Source: Eledone cirrhosa
Taxonomy: Eukaryota
Direction of reading: 5' to 3'
Assembly: GCA_964016885.1 (NCBI GenBank)
Contig: OZ024743.1
Span: 140,492,001 to 140,556,000 of the forward strand
DNA length: 64,000 nucleotides
Shown: piece by piece, positions 10,601 to 23,559 of the stretch
Position numbering within the stretch: position 1 is the stretch's first letter
Layout of the letters: each line of letters begins with the position of its first letter
The notes under the pieces: model-generated
Told to the model about the DNA's origin: nothing
The model's input: only the letters and a program-made list of their open reading frames with translations
Databases searched by the model: none
Position numbers and translations under genes: made by a program

Positions 10601-13600
10601 GTGCTTGGTTCTTGGTGTTTGGTGCTTGGTGCTTGGTGTTTGGTGTTATATGCTTGGTGTTTGATGCTTGGTGCTTGGTGCTTGGTGTTTGGTGTTTGGT
10701 GTTTGATGCTTGGTGCTTGGTGTTTGGTGCTTGGTGCTTGGTGTTTGTACTTGGTGCTTGGTGCTTGGTGCTTGGTGTTTGGTGCTTGGTGCTTGGTGCT
10801 TGGTGTTAGGTGTTTGGTGCTTGGTCCTTGGTGTTTGGTGCTTGGTGTTTGGTGTTTGCTGTTTGGTGTTTGGTGTTTCGTGTTTGGTGTTTGCTGTTTG
10901 GTGTCTGCTTTTTGGTGTTTGCTGTTTGGTGTCTGCTTTTTGGTGTTTAGTGTTTGCTGTATGGTGTTTGGTGTTTGCTGTTTGGTGTTTGGTCTTTGGT
11001 GCTTGGTGTTTGGTGCTTGGTGCTTGGTGTTTGGTGTTTGGTGCTTGGTGCTTGGTGTTTGGTGTTTGGTGCTTGGTGTTTGGTGTTTGGTGCTTGGTGT
11101 CTGGTGCTTGGTGTTTGGTTTTTGGTGCTTGGTGTTTGGTGTTTGGTGCTTGGTGTTTGGTGTTTGGTGTTTGGTGCTTGGTGCTTGGTGTTTGGTGTTT
11201 GGTGTTTGGTGCTTGGTGTCTGGTGCTTGGTGTTTGGTGTTTGGTGCTTGGTGTTTGGTGTTTGGTGTTTGGTGCTTGGTGTCTGGTGCTTGGTGTTTGG
11301 TGTTTGGTGCTTGGTGTTTGGTGTTTGGTGTTTGGTGCTTGGTGCTTGGTGCTTGGTGTTTTGTGTTTGGTGCTTGGTGCTTGGTGTTTGGTGCTTGGTG
11401 CTGGGTGGTTGGTGTTTGGTGCTTGGTGTTTGGTGCTGGGTGCTTGGTGTTTGGTGCTGGGTGCTTGGTATTTGGTGCTTGGTGCTTGGTCTTTGGTGCT
11501 TGGTGTTTGGTGCTTGGTGCTTGGTGTTTGGTGCTTGGTGCTTGGTGTTTGGTGCTTGGTGCTTGGTGTTTGGTTTTTGGTGCTTGGTGCTTGGTGTTTG
11601 GTGTTTGGTGCTTGCTGCTGGCTGCTTGGTGTTTGATGCATGGTGATTGGTGCTTGGTGTTTGGTGCTTGGTGTTTGGTGTTATATGCTTGGTGTTTGAT
11701 GCTTGGTGCTTGGTGCTTGGTGTTTGGTGTTTGGTGCTTGGTGTTTGATGCTTGGTGCTTGGTGCTTGGTGTTTGGTGCTTGGTGCTTGGTGTTTGGTGC
11801 TTGGTGCTTGGTGTTTGGTGCTTGGTGTTTGGTGCTTGGTGCTTGGTGTTTGGTGGTTGGTGCTTGGTGCTTGGTGTTAGGTGTTTGGTGCTTGGTGCTT
11901 GGTGTCTGGTTTTTGGTGCTTGGTGCTTGGTGTTTGGTGCTTGTTGCTGGCTGCTTTGTGTTTGGTGCTTGGTGATTGGTGCTTGGTGTTTGGTGCTTGG
12001 TGTTTGGTGTTTGGTGCTTGGTGTTTGTACTTGGTGTTTGGTGCTTGGTGTTTGGTGCTAGGTGCTTGGTGTTTGGTGCTTGGTGCTTGGTGTTTGGTGC
12101 CTGGTGCTTGGTGTTTGGTGTTTGGTGTTTGGTGCTTGGTGCTTGGTGTTTGGTGTTTGCTGTTTGCTGTTTGGTGTTTGTTGTTTGGTGTTTGTTGTTT
12201 GGTGTTTGCTGTTTGGTGTTTGGTATTTGCTTTTTGGTGTTTGGTGTTTGATGTATGTTGTTTGGTGTTTGGTGTTTGGTGTTTGGTGTTTGGTGCTTGG
12301 TGCTTGGTGTTTGGTGCTTGGTGCTTGGTGTTTAGTGCCTGGTGCTTGGTGCATGGTGCTTGGTGTTTGGTGTTTGGTGCTTGGTGCTTGGAGTTTGGTG
12401 TTTGGTGCTTGGTGCTTGGTGTTTCGTGTTTCGTGTTTGGTTTTTGGTGCTTGGTGCTTGGTGCTTGGTCCTTGGTGTTTGGTGCTGGGTGCATTGTGTT
12501 TGGTGCTTGGCGCTTGGTGCTTGGTGCTTGGTGTTTGGTGTTTGCTGCTTGGTGTTTGATGCTTGGTGCTTGGTGCTTGGTGTTTTGCGCTTGGTGCTTG
12601 GTGCTTGGTGTTTGGTGCTTGGTGCTTGGTGCTTGGTGTTTGTACTTGGTGCTTGGTGATTGGTGTTTGGTTCTTGGTTCTTGGTGTTTGGTGTTTGGCG
12701 TTTGGTGTTTGGTGCTTGGTGCTTGGTGTTTGGTGCTTGGTGCTTGGTGTTTGGTGCCTGGTGCTTGGTGCTTGGTGTTTGGTGTTTGGTGCTTGGTGCT
12801 TGGTGCTTGGAGTTTGGTGTTTGGTGCTTGGTGCTTTGTGTTTTGTGTTTGGTGTTTGGTTTTTGGTGCTTGGTGCTTGGTCCTTGGTGTTTGGTGCTGG
12901 GTGCTTTGTGTTTGGTGCTTGGTGCTTGGTGTTTGGTGTTTGCTGCTTGGTGTTTGATGCTTGGTGCTTGGTGCTTGGTGTTTTGTGTTTGGTGCTTGGT
13001 TCTTGGTGTTTGGTGCTTGGTGCTTGGTACTTGGTGTTTGTACTTGGTGCTTGGTGCTTGGTGTTTGGTTCTTGGTTCTTGGTGTTTGGTACTTGGTGCT
13101 TGGTGCTTGATGTTTGGTGTTTGGTGCTTGGTGTTTGGTGCTTGGTGCTTGGTGCTTGGTGTTAGGTGTTTGGTGCTTGGTCCTTGGTGTTTGGTGCTTG
13201 GTGTTTGGTGTTTGCTGTTTGGTGTTTGGTGTTTCGTGTTTGGTGTTTGCTGTTTGGTGTCTGCTTTTTGGTGTTTGCTGTTTGGTGTCTGCTTTTTGGT
13301 GTTTAGTGTTTGCTGTATGGTGTTTGGTGTTTGCTGTTTGGTGTTTGGTCTTTGGTGCTTGGTGTTTGGTGCTTGGTGCTTGGTGTTTGGTGTTTGGTGC
13401 TTGGTGCTTGGTGTTTGGTGTTTGGTGCTTGGTGTTTGGTGTTTGGTGCTTGGTGTCTGGTGCTTGGTGTTTGGTTTTTGGTGCTTGGTGTTTGGTGTTT
13501 GGTGCTTGGTGTTTGGTGTTTGGTGTTTGGTGCTTGGTGCTTGGTGTTTGGTGTTTGGTGTTTGGTGCTTGGTGTCTGGTGCTTGGTGTTTGGTGTTTGG

Positions 13601-15687
13601 TGCTTGGTGTTTGGTGTTTGGTGTTTGGTGCTTGGTGTCTGGTGCTTGGTGTTTGGTGTTTGGTGCTTGGTGTTTGGTGTTTGGTGTTTGGTGCTTGGTG
13701 CTTGGTGCTTGGTGTTTTGTGTTTGGTGCTTGGTGCTTGGTGTTTGGTGCTTGGTGCTGGGTGGTTGGTGTTTGGTGCTTGGTGTTTGGTGCTGGGTGCT
13801 TGGTGTTTGGTGCTGGGTGCTTGGTATTTGGTGCTTGGTGCTTGGTCTTTGGTGCTTGGTGTTTGGTGCTTGGTGCTTGGTGTTTGGTGCTTGGTGCTTG
13901 GTGTTTGGTGCTTGGTGCTTGGTGTTTGGTTTTTGGTGCTTGGTGCTTGGTGTTTGGTGTTTGGTGCTTGCTGCTGGCTGCTTGGTGTTTGATGCATGGT
14001 GATTGGTGCTTGGTGTTTGGTGCTTGGTGTTTGGTGTTTGATGCTTGGTGCTTGGTGCTTGGTGTTTGGTGCTTGGTGCTTGGTGCTTGGTGTTTGGTGC
14101 TTGGTGTTTGGTGCTTGGTGTTTGGTGCTTGGTGCTTGGTGCTTGGTGCTTGGTGTTTGGTGGTTGGTGCTTGGTGCTTGGTGTTAGGTGTTTGGTGCTT
14201 GGTGCTTGGTGGTTGGTGTTTGGTGCTTGGTGTTTGGTGCTGGGTGCTTGGTTTTTGGTGCTGGGTGCTTGGTGTTTGGTGCTTGGTGCTTGGTGTTTGG
14301 TGCTTTGTGTTTGGTGCTTGGTGCTTGGTGCTTGGTGTTTGGTGTTTGGTGCTTGGTGTTTGGTGCTTGGTGCTTGGTGTTTGGTTTTTGGTGCTTGGTG
14401 TTTGGTGTTTGATGTTTGGTGCTTGCTGCTGGCTGCTTGGTGTTTGATGCATGGTGATTTGTGCTTGGTGTTTGGTGCTTGGTGTTTGGTGTTTGATGCT
14501 TGGTGCTTGGTGTTTGGTGTTTGATGCTTGGTGCTTGGTGCTTGGTGTTTGGTGCTTGGTGTTTGGTGTTTGGTGCTTGGTCATTGGTGTTTCTACTTGG
14601 TGCTTGGTGCTTGGTTCTTGGTGTTTGGTGCTTGGTGCTTGGTGTTTGGTGTTATATGCTTGGTGTTTGATGCTTGGTGCTTGGTGCTTGGTGTTTGGTG
14701 TTTGGTGTTTGATGCTTGGTGCTTGGTGTTTGGTGCTTGGTGCTTGGTGTTTGTACTTGGTGCTTGGTGCTTGGTGCTTGGTGTTTGGTGCTTGGTGCTT
14801 GGTGCTTGGTGTTAGGTGTTTGGTGCTTGGTCCTTGGTGTTTGGTGCTTGGTGTTTGGTGTTTGCTGTTTGGTGTTTGGTGTTTCGTGTTTGGTGTTTGC
14901 TGTTTGGTGTCTGCTTTTTGGTGTTTGCTGTTTGGTGTCTGCTTTTTGGTGTTTAGTGTTTGCTGTATGGTGTTTGGTGTTTGCTGTTTGGTGTTTGGTC
15001 TTTGGTGCTTGGTGTTTGGTGCTTGGTGCTTGGTGTTTGGTGTTTGGTGCTTGGTGCTTGGTGTTTGGTGTTTGGTGCTTGGTGTTTGGTGTTTGGTGCT
15101 TGGTGTCTGGTGCTTGGTGTTTGGTTTTTGGTGCTTGGTGTTTGGTGTTTGGTGCTTGGTGTTTGGTGTTTGGTGTTTGGTGCTTGGTGCTTGGTGTTTG
15201 GTGTTTGGTGTTTGGTGCTTGGTGTCTGGTGCTTGGTGTTTGGTGTTTGGTGCTTGGTGTTTGGTGTTTGGTGTTTGGTGCTTGGTGTCTGGTGCTTGGT
15301 GTTTGGTGTTTGGTGCTTGGTGTTTGGTGTTTGGTGTTTGGTGCTTGGTGCTTGGTGCTTGGTGTTTTGTGTTTGGTGCTTGGTGCTTGGTGTTTGGTGC
15401 TTGGTGCTGGGTGGTTGGTGTTTGGTGCTTGGTGTTTGGTGCTGGGTGCTTGGTGTTTGGTGCTGGGTGCTTGGTATTTGGTGCTTGGTGCTTGGTCTTT
15501 GGTGCTTGGTGTTTGGTGCTTGGTGCTTGGTGTTTGGTGCTTGGTGCTTGGTGTTTGGTGCTTGGTGCTTGGTGTTTGGTTTTTGGTGCTTGGTGCTTGG
15601 TGTTTGGTGTTTGGTGCTTGCTGCTGGCTGCTTGGTGTTTGATGCATGGTGATTGGTGCTTGGTGTTTGGTGCTTGGTGTTTGGTGT
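7655..15687. repeat. Tandem higher-order duplication, period 4006 bp, copies apparently identical
   Basis: ORF pairs 7697/11703, 7871/11877, 8654/12660, 9304/13310, 10522/14528 and 10646/14652 have identical translations at a 4006 offset. 4006 = 573x7-5, and five 6-bp monomers are present (about 8019, 8634, 9032, 10585, 10745). Confidence 0.95.
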
Positions 15688-16446
15688 TTGATGCTTGGTG
15701 CTTGGTGCTTGGTGTTTGGTGCTTGGTGCTTGGTGCTTGGTGTTTGGTGCTTGGTGTTTGGTGCTTGGTGTTTGGTGCTTGGTGCTTGGTGCTTGGTGCT
15801 TGGTGTTTGGTGGTTGGTGCTTGGTGCTTGGTGTTAGGTGTTTGGTGCTTGGTGCTTGGTGGTTGGTGTTTGGTGCTTGGTGTTTGGTGCTGGGTGCTTG
15901 GTTTTTGGTGCTGGGTGCTTGGTGTTTGGTGTTTGGTGCTTGGTGTTTGGTGCTTTGTGTTTGGTGCTTGGTGCTTGGTGCTTGGTGTTTGGTGTTTGGT
16001 GCTTGGTGTTTGGTGCTTGGTGCTTGGTGTTTGGTTTTTGGTGCTTGGTGTTTGGTGTTTGGTGTTTGGTGCTTGCTGCTGGCTGCTTGGTGTTTGATGC
16101 ATGGTGATTTGTGCTTGGTGTTTGGTGCTTGGTGTTTGGTGTTTGATGCTTGGTGCTTGGTGTTTGGTGTTTGATGCTTGGTGCTTGGTGCTTGGTGTTT
16201 GGTGCTTGGTGTTTGGTGTTTGGTGCTTGGTCATTGGTGTTTCTACTTGGTGCTTGGTGCTTGGTTCTTGGTGTTTGGTGCTTGGTGCTTGGTGTTTGGT
16301 GTTATATGCTTGGTGTTTGATGCTTGGTGCTTGGTGCTTGGTGTTTGGTGTTTGGTGTTTGATGCTTGGTGCTTGGTGTTTGGTGCTTGGTGCTTGGTGT
16401 TTGTACTTGGTGCTTGGTGCTTGGTGCTTGGTGTTTGGTGCTTGGT
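13121..16446. repeat. Tandem duplication, period 1650 bp (also present in part at 9115-11681, nested inside the 4006-bp unit)
   Basis: ORF pairs 9304/10954, 13310/14960, 13996/15646, 14045/15695 and 14451/16101. 1650 = 236x7-2 (one TTCTAC and one TTGTAC). At least two substitutions separate the copies (14282/15932, 14412/16062). Confidence 0.92.
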
Positions 16447-19400
16447 ATTTGGTGCTTGGTGCTTGGTGCTTGGTCCTTGGTGCTTGGTGTTTGGTGGTTG
16501 GTGTCTGGTGGTTGGTGTTAGGTGTTTGGTGCTTGGTGCTTGGTGTTTGGTGTTTGGTGTTTGGTGTTTGGTGCTTGGTGTTTGATGCTTGGTGCTTGGT
16601 GCTTGGTGTTTGGTGCTTGGTGCTTGGTGTTTGGTGCTTGGTGCTTGGTGTTTGGTGCTTGGTGTTTGGTGCTTGGTGTTTGGTGCTTGGTGCTTGGTGC
16701 TTGGTGCTTGGTGTTTGGTGTTTGGTGCTTGGTGTTTGGTGCTTGGTACTTGGTGCTTGGTGCTTGGTGATAGGTGTTTGGTGCTTGGTGCTTGGTGTCT
16801 GGTTTTTGGTGCTTGGTTCTTGGTGTTTGGTGCTTGCTGCTGGCTGCTTGGTGTTTGGTGCTTGGTGATTGGTGCTTGGTGTTTGGTGTTTGGTGCTAGG
16901 TGCTTGGTGTTTGGTGCTTGGTGCTTGGTGTTTGTACTTGGTGCTTGGTGCTTGGTTGTTGGTGTTTGGTGCTTCGTGCTTGGTGTTTGGTGCTTGGTGC
17001 TTGGTGTTTGGTGCTTGGTGTTTGGTGCTTGGTGTTTGGTGCTTGGTGCTTGGTGCTTGGTGTTTGGTGCTTGGTGTTTGGTGCTTGGTGTTAGGTGTTT
17101 GGTGCTTGGTGCTTGGTGTTTGGTGTTTGGTGCTTGGTGTTTGGTGTTTGGTGTTATATGCTTGGTGTTTGATGCTTGGTGCTTGGTGCTTGGTGTTTGG
17201 CGCTTGGTGTTTGATGCTTGGTGCTTGGTGCTTGGTGTTTGGTGCTTGGTGCTTGGTGTTTGTACTTGGTGCTTGGTGCTTGGTTCTTGGTGTTTGGTGC
17301 CTGGTGTTTGGTGTTTGGTGTTATATGCTTGGTGTTTGATGCTTGGTGCTTGGTGCTTGGTGTTTGGTGCTTGGTGTTTGATGCTTGGTGCTTGGTGCTT
17401 GGTGTTTGGTGCTTGGTGCTTGGTGTTTGTACTTGGTGCTTGGTGCTTGGTTCTTGGTGTTTGGTGCTTGGTGCTTGGTGTTTGGTGCTTGGTGCTTGGT
17501 GTTTGGTGCTTGGTGTTTGGTGCTTGGTGTTAGGTGTTTGGTGCTTGGTGCTTGGTGTTTGGTGTTTGGTGCTTGGTGTTTGGTGCTTGGTGTTTGGTGT
17601 TAGGTGTTTGGTGCTTGGTGTTTGGTGTTTGGTGCTTGGTGTTTGGTGCTTGGTGTTTGGTGCTTGGTGTTTGGTGCTTGGTACTTGGTGCTTGGTGCTT
17701 CGTGTTAGGTGTTTGGTGCTTGGTGCTTGGTGTTTGGTGTTTGGTTTTTGGTGCTTGGTGTTTGGTGTTTGGTGTTTGGTGCTTGCTGCTGGCTGCTTGG
17801 TGTTTGATGCATGGTGATTTGTGCTTGGTGTTTGGTGCTTGGTGTTTGGTGTTTGATGCTTGGTGCTTGGTGTTTGGTGTTTGATGCTTGGTGCTTGGTG
17901 CTTGGTGTTTGGTGCTTGGTGTTTGGTGTTTGGTGCTTGGTCATTGGTGTTTCTACTTGGTGCTTGGTGTTTGTACTTGGTGCTTGGTGCTTGGTGCTTG
18001 GTGTTTGGTGCTTGGTATTTGGTGCTTGGTGCTTGGTGCTTGGTCCTTGGTGCTTGGTGTTAGGTGGTTGGTGTTTGGTGGTTGGTGTTAGGTGTTTGGT
18101 GCTTGGTGCTTGGTGTTTGGTGTTTGGTGCTTGGTGTTTGGTGTTTGGTGCTTAGTGTTTGGTGCTTGGTCCTTGGTGCTTGGTGCTTGGTGTTAGGTGT
18201 TTGGTGCTTGGTGTTTGGTGCTTGGTGTTTGGTGCTTGGTGCTTGGTGCTTGGTGCTTGGTGTTTGGTGGTTGGTGTTTGGTGCTTGGTGTTTGGTGCTT
18301 GGTGTTACGTGTTTGGTGCTTGGTGCTTGGTGTTTGGTGTTTGGTGCTTGGTGTTTGGTGTTTGGTGCTTGGTGTTTGGTGCTTTTTGCTTGGTGCTTGG
18401 TGCTTGGTGTTTGGTGCTGGGTGCTTGGTGCTTGGTGTTTGGTGTTATATGCTTGGTGTTTGATGCTTGGTGCTTGGTGCTTGGTGTTTGGTGTTTGGTG
18501 CTTGGTGTTTGATGCTTGGTGCTTGGTGCTTGGTGTTTGGTGCTTGGTGCTTGGTGTTTGGTGCTTGGTGCTTGGTGTTTGGTGCTTGGTGTTTGGTGCT
18601 TGGTGTTTGGTGCTTGGTGCTTGGTGCTTGGTGCTTGGTGTTTGGTGTTTGGTGCTTGGTGTTTGGTGCTTGGTACTTGGTGCTTGGTGCTTGGTGTTAC
18701 GTGTTTGGTGCTTGGTGCTTGGTGTCTGGTTTTTGGTGCTTGGTGCTTGGTGTTTGGTGCTTGCTGCTGGCTGCTTGGTGTTTGGTGCTTGGTGATTGGT
18801 GCTTGGTGTTTGGTGTTTGGTGCTAGGTGCTTGGTGTTTGGTGCTTGGTGCTTGGTGTTTGTACTTGGTGCTTGGTGCTTGGTTCTTGGTGTTTGGTGCT
18901 TCGTGCTTGGTGTTTGTACTTGGTGCTTGGTGATTGGTGTTTGGTTCTTGGTTCTTGGTGTTTGGTGTTTGGCGTTTGGTGTTTGGTGCTTGGTGCTTGG
19001 TGTTTGGTGCTTGGTGCTTGGCGTTTGGTGCCTGGTGCTTGGTGCTTGGTGTTTGGTGTTTGGTGCTTGGTGCTTGGTGCTTGGAGTTTGGTGTTTGGTG
19101 CTTGGTGCTTTGTGTTTTGTGTTTGGTGTTTGGTTTTTGGTGCTTGGTGCTTGGTCCTTGGTGTTTGGTGCTGGGTGCTTTGTGTTTGGTGCTTGGTGCT
19201 TGGTGTTTGGTGTTTGCTGCTTGGTGTTTGATGCTTGGTGCTTGGTGCTTGGTGTTTTGTGTTTGGTGCTTGGTTCTTGGTGTTTGGTGCTTGGTGCTTG
19301 GTACTTGGTGTTTGTACTTGGTGCTTGGTGCTTGGTGTTTGGTATTGGTTCTTGGTGTTTGGTACTTGGTGCTTGGTGCTTGATGTTTGGTGTTTGGTGC

Positions 19401-22400
19401 TTGGTGTTTGGTGCTTGGTGCTTGGTGCTTGGTGTTAGGTGTTTGGTGCTTGGTCCTTGGTGTTTGGTGCTTGGTGTTTGGTGTTTGCTGTTTGGTGTTT
19501 GGTGTTTCGTGTTTGGTGTTTGCTGTTTGGTGTCTGCTTTTTGGTGTTTAGTGTTTGCTGTATGGTGTTTGGTGTTTGCTGTTTGGTGTTTGGTCTTTGG
19601 TGCTTGGTGTTTGGTGCTTGGTGCTTGGTGTTTGGTGTTTGGTGCTTGGTGCTTGGTGTTTGGTGTTTGGTGCTTGGTGTTTGGTGTTTGGTGCTTGGTG
19701 TCTGGTGCTTGGTGTTTGGTTTTTGGTGCTTGGTGTTTGGTGTTTGGTGCTTGGTGTTTGGTGTTTGGTGTTTGGTGCTTGGTGCTTGGTGTTTGGTGTT
19801 TGGTGTTTGGTGCTTGGTGTCTGGTGCTTGGTGTTTGGTGTTTGGTGCTTGGTGTTTGGTGCTTGGTGCTTGGTGTTTGGTGCTTGGTGGTGGGTGGTTG
19901 GTGTTTGGTGCTTGGTGTTTGGTGCTGGGTGCTTGGTGTTTGGTGCTGGGTGCTTGGTATTTGGTGCTTGGTGCTTGGTCTTTGGTGCTTGGTGTTTGGT
20001 GTTTGGTGCTTGGTCATTGGTGTTTCTACTTGGTGCTTGGTGCTTGGTTCTTGGTGTTTGGTGCTTGGTGATTGGTGTTTGGTGTTATATGCTTGGTGTT
20101 TGATGCTTGGTGCTTGGTGCTTGGTGTTTGGTGTTTGGTGTTTGATGCTTGGTGCTTGGTGTTTTGTGCTTGGTGCTTGGTGTTTGTACTTGGTGCTTGG
20201 TGCTTGGTGCTTGGTGTTTGGTGCTTGGTATTTGGTGCTTGGTGCTTGGTGCTTGGTCCTTGGTGCTTGGTGTTTGGTGGTTGGTGTTTGGTGGTTGGTG
20301 TTAGGTGTTTGGTGCTTGGTGCTTGGTGTTTGGTGTTTGGTGCTTGGTGTTTGGTGTTTGGTGCTTGGTGTTTGGTGCTTGGTACTTGGTGCTTGGTGCT
20401 TGGTATTAGGTGTTTGGTGCTTGGAGTTTGGTGCTTGGTGTTTGGTGCTTGGTGCTTGGTGCTTGGTGCTTGGTGTTTGGTGGTTGGTGTTTGGTGCTTG
20501 GTGTTTGGTGCTTGGTGTTAAGTGTTTGGTGCTTGGTGCTTGGTGTTTGGTGTTTGGTGCTTGGTATTTGGTGTTTGGTGCTTGGTGTTTGGTGCTTTTT
20601 GCTTGGTGCTTGGTGCTTGGTGTTTGGTGCTGGGTGCTTGGTGCTTGGTGTTTGGTGTTATATGCTTGGTGTTTGATGCTTGGTGCTTGGTGCTTGGTGT
20701 TTGGTGTTTGGTGCTTGGTGTTTGATGCTTGGTGCTTGGTGCTTGGTGTTTGGTGCTTGGTGCTTGGTGTTTGGTGCTTGGTGCTTGGTGTTTGGTGCTT
20801 GGTGTTTGGTGCTTGGTGTTTGGTGCTTGGTGCTTGGTGCTTGGTGCTTGGTGTTTGGTGTTTGGTGCTTGGTGTTTGGTGCTTGGTACTTGGTGCTTGG
20901 TGCTTGGTGTTAGGTGTTTGGTGCTTGGTGCATGGTGTCTGGTTTTTGGTGCTTGGTGCTTGGTGTTTGGTGCTTGCTGCTGGCTGCTTGGTGTTTGGTG
21001 CTTGGTGATTGGTGCTTGGTGTTTGGTGTTTGGTGCTAGGTGCTTGGTGTTTGGTGCTTGGTGCTTGGTGTTTGTACTTGGTGCTTGGTGCTTGGTTCTT
21101 GGTGTTTGGTGCTTCGTGCTTGGTGTTTGGTGCTTGGTGCTTGGTGTTTGGTGCTTGGTGTTTGGTGCTTGGTGTTTGGTGCTTGGTGCTTGGTGCTTGG
21201 TGTTTGGTGCTTGGTGTTTGGTGCTTGGTGTTAGGTGTTTGGTGCTTGGTGCTTGGTGTTTGGTGTTTGGTGCTTGGTGTTTGGTGTTTGGTGTTATATG
21301 CTTGGTGTTTGATGCTTGGTGCTTGCTGCTTGGTGTTTGGCGCTTGGTGTTTGATGCTTGGTGCTTGGTGCTTGGTGTTTGGTGCTTGGTGCTTGGTGTT
21401 TGTACTTGGTGCTTGGTGCTTGGTTCTTGGTGTTTGGTGCCTGGTGTTTGGTGTTTGGTGCTTGGTGTTTGGTGTTTGGTGTTATATGCTTGGTGTTTGA
21501 TGCTTGGTGCTTGGTGCTTGGTGTTTGGTGCTTGGTGTTTGATGCTTGGTGCTTGGTGCTTGGTGTTTGGTGCTTGGTGCTTGGTGTTTGTACTTGGTGC
21601 TTGGTGCTTGGTTCTTGGAGTTTGGTGCTTGGTGCTTGGTGTTTGGTGCTTGGTGCTTGGTGTTTGGTGCTTGGTGTTTGGTGCTTGGTGTTTGGTGCTT
21701 GGTGCTTGGTGCTTAGTGCTTGGTGTTTGGTGCTTGGTGTTAGGTGTTTGGTGCTTGGTGCTTGGTGTTTGGTGTTTGGTGCTTGGTGTTTGGTGCTTGG
21801 TGTTTGGTGTTAGGTGTTTGGTGCTTGGTGTTTGGTGTTTGGTGCTTGGTGTTTGGTGCTTGGTGTTTGGTGCTTGGTGTTTGGTGCTTGGTACTTGGTG
21901 CTTGGTGCTTCGTGTTAGGTGTTTGGTGCTTGGTGCTTGGTGTTTGGTTTTTGGTGCTTGGTGCTTGGTGTTTGGTGTTTGGTGCTTGCTGCTGGCTGCT
22001 TGGTGTTTGATGCTTGGTGATTGGTGCTTGGTGTTTTGTGCTTGGTGTTTGGTGTTTTGTGCTAGGTGCTTGGTGTTTGGTGCTTGGTGCTTGGTGCTTG
22101 GTGTTTGGTGTTTGGTTTTAGGTGCTTGGTGCTTGGTGTTTGGTGCTTGGTGCTGGGTGGTTGGTGTTTAGTGCTTGGTGTTTGGTGCTGGGTGCTTGGT
22201 GTTTGGTGCTTGGTGCTTGGTCTTTGGTGCTTGGTGTTTGGTGTTTGGTGCTTGGTGCTTGGTGCTTGGTGTTTGGTGCTTGGTGCTTGGTGATTGGTGC
22301 TTGGTGCTTAGTGTTTGGTGCTTGGTGCTTAGTGTTTGGTGTTTGGTGCTTGGTGCTTGGTGTTTAGTGCTTAGTGTTTGGTGCTTGGTGCTTGGGGTTT

Positions 22401-23559
22401 GGTGTTTGCTGTTTGCTGTTTGGTGTTTGTTGTTTGGTGTTTGTTGTTTGGTGTTTGCTGTTTGGTGTTTGGTGTTTGCTTTTTGGTGTTTGGTGTTTGC
22501 TGTATGTTGTTTGGTGTTTGGTGTTTGGTGCTTGGTGTTTGGTGCCTGGTGCTTGGTGCTTGGTGCTTGGTGTTTGGTGTTTGGTGCTTGGTGCTTGGAG
22601 TTTGGTGTTTGGTGCTTGGTGCTTGGTGTTTCGTGTTTGGTTTTTGGTGCTTGGTGCTTGGTGCTTGGTGCTTGGTCCTTGGTGTTTGGTGCTGGGTGCA
22701 TTGTGTTTGGTGCTTGGTGCTTGGTGCTTGGTGTTTGGTGTTTGCTGCTTGGTGTTTGATGCTTGGTGCTTGGTGGTTGGTGTTTTGTGTTTGGTGCTTG
22801 GTGCTTGGTGTTTGGTGCTTGGTGCTTGGTGCTTGGTGTTTGGTTCTTGGTTCTTGGTGTTTGGTGTTTGGCGTTTGGTGTTTGGTGCTTGTTGCTTGGT
22901 GTTTGGTGCTTGGTGCTTGGTGTTTGGTGCCTGGTGCTTGGTGCTTGGTGCTTGGTGTTTGGTGTTTGGTGCTTGGTGCTTGGTGCTTGGAGTTTGGTGT
23001 TTGGTGCTTGGTGCTTTGTGTTTTGTGTTTGGTGTTTGGTTTTTGGTGCTTGGTGCTTGGTCATTGGTGTTTGGTGCTGGGTGCTTTGTGTTTTGTGCTT
23101 GGTGCATGGTGTCTGGTGTTTGCTGCTTGGTGTTTGATGCTTGGTGCTTGGTGCTTGGTGTTTTGTGTTTGGTGCTTGGTTCTTGGTGTTTGGTGCTTGG
23201 TGCTTGGTACTTGGTGTTTGTACTTGGTGCTAGGTGCTTGGTGTTTGGTTCTTGGTTCTTGGTGTTTGGTACTTGGTGCTTGGTGCTTGATGTTTGGTGT
23301 TTGGTGCTTGGTGTTTGGTGCTTGGTACTTGGTGCTTGGTGCTTGGGGTTAGGTGTTTGGTGCTTGGTGCTTGGTGTTTGGTTTTTGGTGCTTGGTGCTT
23401 GGTGTTTGGTGTTTGGTGCTTGCTGCTGGCTGCTTGGTGTTTGATGCTTGGTGATTGGTGCTTGGTGTTTTGTGCTTGGTGCTGAGTGGTTGGTGTTTAG
23501 TGCTTGGTGTTTGGTGCTGGGTGCTTGGTGTTTGGTGCTTGGTGCTTGGTCTTTGGTGC

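Noticed and set aside
12332-16234. 1300-aa minus-strand ORF and similar ones (294-2672, 7871-9991, 30450-32870) made of TKHQAPS/TKHQTPN heptads
   Set aside because: A stop-free 7-mer gives the same 7-aa repeat in all three frames. Stops on - need TTA/CTA/TCA on +, which are rare because + is nearly A-free. The ORFs overlap in several frames, have no unique domain, and change frame freely at 6-bp monomers. There is no real resemblance to the Pol II CTD, mucins or extensins beyond composition.
18516-21008. Long hydrophobic plus-strand ORFs (WCLVLGA/WCLVFGV repeats) that look like membrane proteins
   Set aside because: Same artefact. Starts are mostly TTG/GTG from the repeat itself, and there is no codon-position pattern or unique sequence.
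23341-23356. TTAGG / GGGGTTAGG / TTAGGGG telomere-like words (also at about 59447 and at every TGT-TAGGTG)
   Set aside because: Always single copies created by one or two substitutions in the heptamer, never tandem.
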